Of a stretch of 64,000 bases of DNA, positions 58,310 through 64,000 are shown piece by piece (position 1 is the first letter of the stretch; every line of letters starts with the position of its first letter). Source of the stretch: Candidatus Angelobacter sp. (GTDB lineage: Bacteria > Chloroflexota > Dormibacteria > Aeolococcales > Aeolococcaceae); the NCBI GenBank assembly GCA_035569495.1, contig DATMMX010000047.1, positions 75,937 to 139,936 of the forward strand, in the 5' to 3' direction. The translations under genes were made by a program, and so were the position numbers. Under the pieces are notes generated by a model. It did not search any database. It was not told the DNA's origin and saw only the letters and a list, made by a program, of their open reading frames with translations.

Positions 58310-60712
58310 GTGGCATATCAGAGACGGCTTGCGCCTGCCCTGGCGGCGGCGCTGGCGGCGAGCTTCGCCGGCCTGCTGGCGCCAACCCACTCCGTCTCCG
58401 CGGCCGCGGTCGCGGGTCCGCTCTCGGTGTCCGGCAGCCAGGTGGTCGACGCATCCGGGGCGCCGGTTCGCCTGCAGGGCATCACCCGTTCGGGCTACGA
58501 CACCGGCGACTGGCCGCCGCTGGTCAGCCAGAGCGAGGTGCAGCAGATGGCGTCGTGGAACGCCAACGTGGTGCGCATCCCCCTGGCCATGGACTTCTGG
58601 AACGCCGACTGCCCGACGCGGAGCTACAACGGCGCCTATCGCGGCGACGTCGACTCGGCGGTGCAGCTGGTGACGGGGCAGGGCATGCTGGCGGTGCTCG
58701 ACCTCAAGGCGAGCACACGCTTCCAGTGCGACACGCAGGGCGCGTATGCACTGCCCGGCGCCACCGAGGCAAAGACCTTCTGGACCTCGGTCGCCGCGCG
58801 CTACGCCGGCAACCCGCTGGTGGGGTTCGAGCTCTTCGACAGCCCGGACGTCTGCGCCACGGCGACGCCGTCGGTGGGAGTCAACCAGTCATCCGGGCTG
58901 TGCGCGAGCCCGCGCAACGTGCCCGCCGACGAGACCCTGTGGCGCGACGGCGGCAGCGTCCTCGACGGCTTCCCCAACGCCACCGCGCTCGCCGCGGCCG
59001 GCATGGCGACCATGTACGCCGATGTCACCGCCGCACTGCCCGCCGGCGCGCCGTCGCACCTGGTCCTCGTCGACGGCAACGGGTTGGGCACCGACCCGCA
59101 CTCCTTCGACACCGCCGGCGGCGGCTATTCGATGTTCCACGGCGGCAACCTGGTCTACGGCCAGCACGTGATGCCCTGCACCGCGATCTGGACCGAGTGT
59201 CCCACCCACGACTCCTACTACTCCTGCGCCACCGTCGCCGCCGAGCTGGACGGCTTCCAGACCGCTGACGTCCGGGTGCACCCCTCGCTCGTCGACGAGT
59301 TCGGCTGGCCGGATCGGAGCTGGGGAGCGCTCGACCAGCACGTCGTCGACCACCTCCACGACAGCAGCGCATTGAGTTTCGGCCGCGGCTTCATCGCCTA
59401 CGCTTGGGACGGCCTGAGCCTGAGCCCGTTCGACATCCAGCTCTCCGGCACCGCGGGTTCCGGCGATGCCACCCCTTCCGGCCTGCCGGTGAAGAACGCC
59501 ATGTCGGGCGTCTACGGCAACACCTGTCCGGGCCCGGCGCCGGCCTACCCGCAGGCGCTGGTCGGTCCCTTCACCGTGTCGGGCAACCAGATCCTCGACG
59601 GCAACAAGCAGGCCGTGGTCCTCAAGGGCGTCAACTGGGAGGGGATGGAGAACAGCAACTACCGGAGCGCGCCGCCCGAGGAGTCCGCCGTCGACCACCT
59701 CGCCCAGTGGAAGGGCAACTTCCTGCGTCTGGAGCTCAGCGACGACGCGTGGAACCAGGACTGCCCGGCGCAGACCTACGATCCCAACTACCGCCCGCTG
59801 GTGGACCGGGTGGTCAATTGGGCGGCGGCGCGCGGCATGCTCGTGCTCCTCGACCTGCACGTCGGCGCCCGCGTGCAGTGCGACATGTCGATCGGCCCCG
59901 CCGCGCTGCCCGGCGCCGCCGAGGCGCAGTCGTTCTGGGCGTCGGTGGCCGCACGCTACGCCGCCAACCCGCTGGTCGCCTACGAGCTCTACAACGAGCC
60001 GCACGTCTGCGCCTCCTCCGCGGATGCCTCGGTGGGCATCAACGAGTTCATCCGCGACACCGGCAATCGCGGCAGCGTCGCCTGCAAGACGGCCACGCCC
60101 TCCGCCGCCGACGAGATGCTGTGGGAGAACGGCGGCACCGTCGAGGACGGTCTCGCCTACCCGGCGGCGGGCATGGCGCAGCTCTACCGGACGATCATGG
60201 CCAGCATCCCGGCGGGCTCACCGCCCCACCTGGTTTTTGTCGATTCCAACAATTACTCCAGCGAGAACCAGTCCTTCGCGCCCACGCTGGGGAGCTACTC
60301 GATGTTCAGCGGCGGCAACCTGGTCTACGTCGAGCACGTCTACACCTGCTCGGGCACTCCGCCGGACAGCGCCTGCACGTCGCTGCCCGGCAACTCGGCG
60401 TGCAGCACGGTGGCCGCCGACATCGACGGCTACAACGCGGCGACCTGGATGGGACAGCACCCGGTCGTCGCCGACGAGTTCGGCTGGCCAGACTCCACCG
60501 AGGGCACGTACAACCAGAACGTTGTCAGCCATCTTGCGGCCAGGGGGATGGGATTCGCCGTGTACTCCTGGGCGGGCAACGCCTGGCAGGGGCAGGAAGG
60601 CGGCAGCGGGTTTCTGGCCATCGCCGACAACATTCCCGGCAGCAACGACGCGACCGTGTCCGGCCGGCCTGTGAAGGACGCCATGTCCGGCGTCTACCCG
60701 GTCAGTTGCTGA
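58310..60712 (+). CDS. Secreted tandem glycoside hydrolase family 5 protein (two ~390-aa GH5 repeats)
   Basis: GTG with GGAGGAAGGA RBS. The signal is VAYQRRLAPALAAALAASFAGLLAPTHSVSAAAVAG. Repeat 1 is SGSQVVDASGAPVRLQGITRSGYD…NPLVGFELFDSPD…LVDEFGWPD. Repeat 2 is SGNQILDGNKQAVVLKGVNWEGME…NPLVAYELYNEPH…VADEFGWPD. Both keep the nucleophile (DEFGW). Only repeat 2 keeps the NEP acid/base. Confidence 0.7.
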   Translation: MAYQRRLAPALAAALAASFAGLLAPTHSVSAAAVAGPLSVSGSQVVDASGAPVRLQGITRSGYDTGDWPPLVSQSEVQQMASWNANVVRIPLAMDFWNADCPTRSYNGAYRGDVDSAVQLVTGQGMLAVLDLKASTRFQCDTQGAYALPGATEAKTFWTSVAARYAGNPLVGFELFDSPDVCATATPSVGVNQSSGLCASPRNVPADETLWRDGGSVLDGFPNATALAAAGMATMYADVTAALPAGAPSHLVLVDGNGLGTDPHSFDTAGGGYSMFHGGNLVYGQHVMPCTAIWTECPTHDSYYSCATVAAELDGFQTADVRVHPSLVDEFGWPDRSWGALDQHVVDHLHDSSALSFGRGFIAYAWDGLSLSPFDIQLSGTAGSGDATPSGLPVKNAMSGVYGNTCPGPAPAYPQALVGPFTVSGNQILDGNKQAVVLKGVNWEGMENSNYRSAPPEESAVDHLAQWKGNFLRLELSDDAWNQDCPAQTYDPNYRPLVDRVVNWAAARGMLVLLDLHVGARVQCDMSIGPAALPGAAEAQSFWASVAARYAANPLVAYELYNEPHVCASSADASVGINEFIRDTGNRGSVACKTATPSAADEMLWENGGTVEDGLAYPAAGMAQLYRTIMASIPAGSPPHLVFVDSNNYSSENQSFAPTLGSYSMFSGGNLVYVEHVYTCSGTPPDSACTSLPGNSACSTVAADIDGYNAATWMGQHPVVADEFGWPDSTEGTYNQNVVSHLAARGMGFAVYSWAGNAWQGQEGGSGFLAIADNIPGSNDATVSGRPVKDAMSGVYPVSC

Positions 60713-60742
60713 GGGTTGCCGCGTCGGGTCGGCGCGGGTTCG

Positions 60743-63427
60743 TCAGCCGGTGTAGAGCTCGGCGGAGCTCAGGTTCACCTCGAAGCCGTTGAGCCCTTGG
60801 GGAAGCGCCTGCTCGCCGCCCGCGATCAGGACGCTTCCGCTCGACAGTGTTGTCGCCGTCGCGTACGCGCGCGGAGTGGCCAGGGAGCCCGTCGCCGTCC
60901 ATGCGTTGGTCGCCGGGTCGTAGAGGTAGGCGTCGGCATGCGCGGTGTCGGTGCTGTCCATGCCGCCGGCGATCAGCACGCTGCCGTTCGGCAGCAGCGC
61001 CGCTGCGTGGTCGACGCGGCCTCCGCCGGGGATCGACCCCGCTGAGGTGAAGCGGCCCGTCGACGGGTCGAAGAGCTCGGCGGTGGCGGTGTCGGTGGCG
61101 TCGGGTGCCGAGAAGAGGCCGGACAGCCCGGTCGCGGCGCCGCCGGCGAGCAGGACGCGTCCGCCGGTGAGGGTTGTCGCCGTCTCGTACGCGCGCGCCG
61201 TCTGCATCGCACCGGGGAGCGTGGACCAAGTGCCCGTCGCCACGTGGTAGACGACCGCCGAGGCCACCGCGGGACCCCACGCCGTGGTGAAGCCGCCGGC
61301 GACGAGGACGTCGCCACCGGGCAGAACCGCCGCCGCCGCACCACCGCGTGCCTGCGGCATCGCGGCCGCCTGCGTCCAGGTGCCGCTGGCCGCGTGGTAG
61401 ATCTCGGCGTCCGCAGTGAGCGCGGCGGTGCCGGAGGTGAAGCCGCCGGCGACGAGCACGTCGCCGTTGGGCAGTGGCTCGGCGACGGCGCCGGAGTGGG
61501 CGACGTTCATCCACGGCGCGGACTTCCAGGCGCCGGTGCTCGGGTCGAACACCTCCACGATCGAGACGGCGCCGCTCGACATCTCGCCCCCGGCGACGAG
61601 CACGTCGCCGTTCGGCAGTCGCGTCGCGGTGTGGTTGTCACGCGGCGCGCCCATGAAACCGGCCTCACTCCACGTGCCCGACGCCGGGTCGTAGATGCGG
61701 GCCCACCCCTCGTACCCGGTGAAATAGCCACCCGCGACCAGAACCCTGCCATCGGACAGGAGCGTCGCCGTCGACTGGCGCAGCGGCGTGCCCAGGGTGC
61801 CCGTCGGCGTGAAGCTGCCGGCAGCCGTGCGCGTGCAGCTGCCGATGGGGCAGTACGAACCGGCCATCGGTGGCGGCGGCTGGTCGGCGGCCGGTCCGCT
61901 GCCGGCGTCGACGAACACCTCGTAGGCGTCGCCGTCGCCGACCCCGACGTCCTGCGCGGTGCCGCCGAGGGTGATCGTGGCCACGCCGGCGTTCACGGTC
62001 GCGGTGCCGGACGCCACCGTGGTGAAGCCGGTCGCCTGCGCCTGGAGGTCGTTGGGGCTGTTGGTGGTGTTGTTGTTGTTGGGCCACGGACCGGTGGTGT
62101 CCACGATGGTTCCGGGCGGCTCGGGGGCGGGGGCGGCGAGCCGCTTCACCGTGTAGCTGACCGACTGGGCGGTCCACGGCACGGTGACCCCGAGGCTCAC
62201 CTGCTCCGCCGGCGCGGGGCCTGACGGGCACACGCCGGACCATGTGGGATCCCAGCACCGGTACTGGTGCCGGCCGGCCAGAACACGAATCTCCTTGTTC
62301 GACGAGTCCAGCGTCGCGAAGGCGGACAGGTTGTCCGGGTCGGCGGAGCTGGTCGCCACACGCTGCCCCATCATCTCGGCGTACGCCTGGTACACCCACC
62401 ACGCGGCACGCGGCGTGGTGCCGTCCGGCGTAAGCAGGCCGTCGAGGTTGCCCACCTGGCAGTTGCCACCGTCCGGGTTGGCGGCGCTGACCTCGTCGGC
62501 CTCGAAGAAGCAGCTGTGCACGCCCTGCACGCCCGCGTTGTCGAGCGCCCCGATCAACCCGGCCACCCAGCCGGGGACGGACTCCTGCAGCGTCAGGTAC
62601 TCGTTCGCCTGCAGTTGCACACCGTTCATCGCGGGGTCGTCCTGGGCGATCTGCTGGCGCAGCCACTGGGCCTGCTTGGCGGCGTCGTCGGGGTGCCCCC
62701 AGGCGGGCGTTCCCGCCGTCGTGCCGCAGCCGCCCGGGTCGCACGGACCGAGGTCGTGCCAGCTGATCGCGTCCCAACGCAGGTTGTTCTGCGCGGAGAA
62801 GGTGAGGAACGACTGGAACGCCGACTCGTTGGCGCTGCTGTAGAACGGGTCGAAGCTGCCGCCTGAGGGCGCCACCACCTTGGCGGTGGGGTCGACCGAC
62901 TTGATGTCGTTGTAGGCGTGCTGGAAGAGCACGAGCCACTCCTCGGCGGTCGAGCCCCCGCTCGCGCCCACGGTGGGCTCGTTCCACACGTCCCACCAGT
63001 CCACCGGGGATTCCGCCCGGTGCCGGGCGACGTCCCACTTGACGAAGTCGTCGAACTTGGGCAGGTCACTGAACGGAGACGCGTTGCCGGCCATCTGGTT
63101 CCAGTCGTCGGAAAGCACCCAGGTCATCCGCGCACCGTGCTCGCGGGCCGACGCGTCGTCGCCGGCGAGCACGCCGTTGCCGAAGGACGTCCGCCAGAAC
63201 TGCGGCCGCAGCGCCTGGGTGCGGCTCGGGTCGCGCGCGTCGCCGTGCAGGAAGCCGGTCGATGCCCAGTCGACGGGGCCGAGGACGGTGGTGGCGTCCA
63301 CGGAGAGCAGCGGGGCGGCCTGCGCCTGCACCGACCGCGTGGCACCGGTCACCGGCGCGGCAACCACCCCCAGGATTGCCGCGGCGGCGATGACGTGTCG
63401 CTTCGACCGCGAGGGGCGTCGATGCAT
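60743..63427 (-). CDS. Secreted clan GH-A glycoside hydrolase (GH39/GH30-like) fused to C-terminal 7-bladed Kelch-repeat beta-propeller
   Basis: ATG with GGAAGGGAGG RBS. The signal is MHRRPSRSKRHVIAAAAILGVVAAPVTGATRSVQAQA. The catalytic acid/base block is DWWDVWNEPT. The C-terminal ~380 aa contain 7 repeats of the LPNGDVLVAGG / LSDGRVLVAGG Kelch signature. Confidence 0.65.
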   Translation of the reverse strand: MHRRPSRSKRHVIAAAAILGVVAAPVTGATRSVQAQAAPLLSVDATTVLGPVDWASTGFLHGDARDPSRTQALRPQFWRTSFGNGVLAGDDASAREHGARMTWVLSDDWNQMAGNASPFSDLPKFDDFVKWDVARHRAESPVDWWDVWNEPTVGASGGSTAEEWLVLFQHAYNDIKSVDPTAKVVAPSGGSFDPFYSSANESAFQSFLTFSAQNNLRWDAISWHDLGPCDPGGCGTTAGTPAWGHPDDAAKQAQWLRQQIAQDDPAMNGVQLQANEYLTLQESVPGWVAGLIGALDNAGVQGVHSCFFEADEVSAANPDGGNCQVGNLDGLLTPDGTTPRAAWWVYQAYAEMMGQRVATSSADPDNLSAFATLDSSNKEIRVLAGRHQYRCWDPTWSGVCPSGPAPAEQVSLGVTVPWTAQSVSYTVKRLAAPAPEPPGTIVDTTGPWPNNNNTTNSPNDLQAQATGFTTVASGTATVNAGVATITLGGTAQDVGVGDGDAYEVFVDAGSGPAADQPPPPMAGSYCPIGSCTRTAAGSFTPTGTLGTPLRQSTATLLSDGRVLVAGGYFTGYEGWARIYDPASGTWSEAGFMGAPRDNHTATRLPNGDVLVAGGEMSSGAVSIVEVFDPSTGAWKSAPWMNVAHSGAVAEPLPNGDVLVAGGFTSGTAALTADAEIYHAASGTWTQAAAMPQARGGAAAAVLPGGDVLVAGGFTTAWGPAVASAVVYHVATGTWSTLPGAMQTARAYETATTLTGGRVLLAGGAATGLSGLFSAPDATDTATAELFDPSTGRFTSAGSIPGGGRVDHAAALLPNGSVLIAGGMDSTDTAHADAYLYDPATNAWTATGSLATPRAYATATTLSSGSVLIAGGEQALPQGLNGFEVNLSSAELYTG

Positions 63428-63448
63428 CGCAGGAGCCTCCCTTCCTCG

Positions 63449-63471
63449 ATCGCTCCAGGGCGTGGAGCGAT
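63449..63471. promoter_or_regulatory. Perfect 9-bp inverted repeat ATCGCTCCA-gggcg-TGGAGCGAT, 22-44 nt upstream of the GH-A/Kelch start codon
   Basis: Read directly from sequence. It lies between the RBS (63431-63440) and the upstream CDF gene stop. There is no U-tract on the minus-strand transcript, so an operator is more likely than a terminator. Confidence 0.45.
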
Positions 63472-63584
63472 GCCAACTCTACGGCTTCAAGCGCCCATGG
63501 CCAAGTCCAGCGGCGGCCGCACCCCGTCGGTCGACGCCCCGATCTCATTTGCATCAGGGTTGCGTCGAACGACCGGCATCCACA

Positions 63585-64000
63585 TCACCCGAGGCGCTCC
63601 ACCTGGAAGAAGTCGGGCGGCGCATGGTCGACCTGCAGAGTGGTGTGGGTGATGCCGAAGCGCTCGGCCAGCATGCGCTCCAGCTCCAAGCGGATGGCGT
63701 GACAGTCGTCCTTCGGATGCACCAGCACGTGCGCGGACAGCGCCGGGAATCCCGACGTCACCTCCCACACATGCAGGTCGTGGACGTTGACGACATGGGG
63801 GTGGCCGACCAGCGCGTTGCCGACCTCCTCCGGGTCGGTGCCCGCCGGGGAGGCTTCGAGCAGGACCCGTCCCGCCTTGGTGAGCAGTTGCGCGCCGGTG
63901 CGAAGCATCAGCCCGGCGACCAGCAGCGAGGCGATGGCGTCGGCCCGGGCGAACCCGGTGACGACGATGACGACTCCCGCGATCAGGGTTCCGGCAAAGG
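63585..64000 (-). CDS. Cation diffusion facilitator (CDF) family transporter (5'-partial; N-terminus beyond window end)
   Basis: The C-terminal cytoplasmic domain is …VGHPHVVNVHDLHVWEVTSGFPALSAHVLV…. The frame continues open to base 64000 with the TM-domain sequence (…AGTLIAGVVIVVTGFARADAIASLLVAGLML…). Confidence 0.7.
   Translation of the reverse strand, partial: FAGTLIAGVVIVVTGFARADAIASLLVAGLMLRTGAQLLTKAGRVLLEASPAGTDPEEVGNALVGHPHVVNVHDLHVWEVTSGFPALSAHVLVHPKDDCHAIRLELERMLAERFGITHTTLQVDHAPPDFFQVERLG

Overview
This is a high-GC (about 70%+) actinobacterial-type chromosomal window, densely packed and mostly coding, with many 4-nt start/stop overlaps (ATGA/GTGA) indicating long translationally coupled operons. 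It is a carbohydrate- and small-molecule catabolism island rather than a housekeeping region.

Glycoside hydrolases: three GH31 genes, one of them fused to a C-terminal GH13 alpha-amylase-type domain; a GH35 beta-galactosidase; a secreted tandem-GH5 protein; a secreted clan GH-A glycosidase fused to a 7-blade Kelch propeller; and a six-hairpin-like lipoprotein.

Regulators and transport: ROK, GntR, TetR and HTH regulators; two Liv/HAAT-type ABC systems with unusual domain fusions; two Liv-type substrate-binding proteins.

Oxygenase and decarboxylase paralogs: three phytanoyl-CoA-dioxygenase (PhyH) paralogs and two carboxymuconolactone-decarboxylase (CMD) paralogs, each sitting at the end of a different operon.

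Other genes: two FAH-family hydrolases, acyl-CoA dehydrogenase, family III CoA-transferase, SDR, esterase, an F420-type luciferase-like oxidoreductase, a stand-alone LigD polymerase-domain gene, OYE flavin reductase, MDR quinone oxidoreductase and a CDF transporter (partial at the 3' edge).

Most unusual is a 9-gene coupled minus-strand operon (27842 down to 14173): LivHM permease, an MFS-LivF-LivG tri-domain fusion, MoxR AAA+, DUF58/VWA, a TgpA-like transglutaminase, three unannotatable lipoproteins, and a CocE/NonD (S15) hydrolase. No substrate-binding protein is present. I could not map it to any described system.

A second unusual operon at the 5' edge couples an HlyD-like adaptor, a membrane/TPR protein, a 1244-aa beta-sandwich + GT-C (PMT/ArnT-like) glycosyltransferase fusion and a six-hairpin lipoprotein.

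Several palindromic operator candidates and a shared 11-nt promoter motif were found in the few intergenic regions. No rRNA, tRNA, CRISPR array or obvious mobile element was seen.

Coordinates follow the supplied ORF track. My own start-codon refinements may be off by 1 nt in places, because between ~16260-17440 and near 32760 my reading of the printed sequence sits 1 nt below the ORF-track coordinates.
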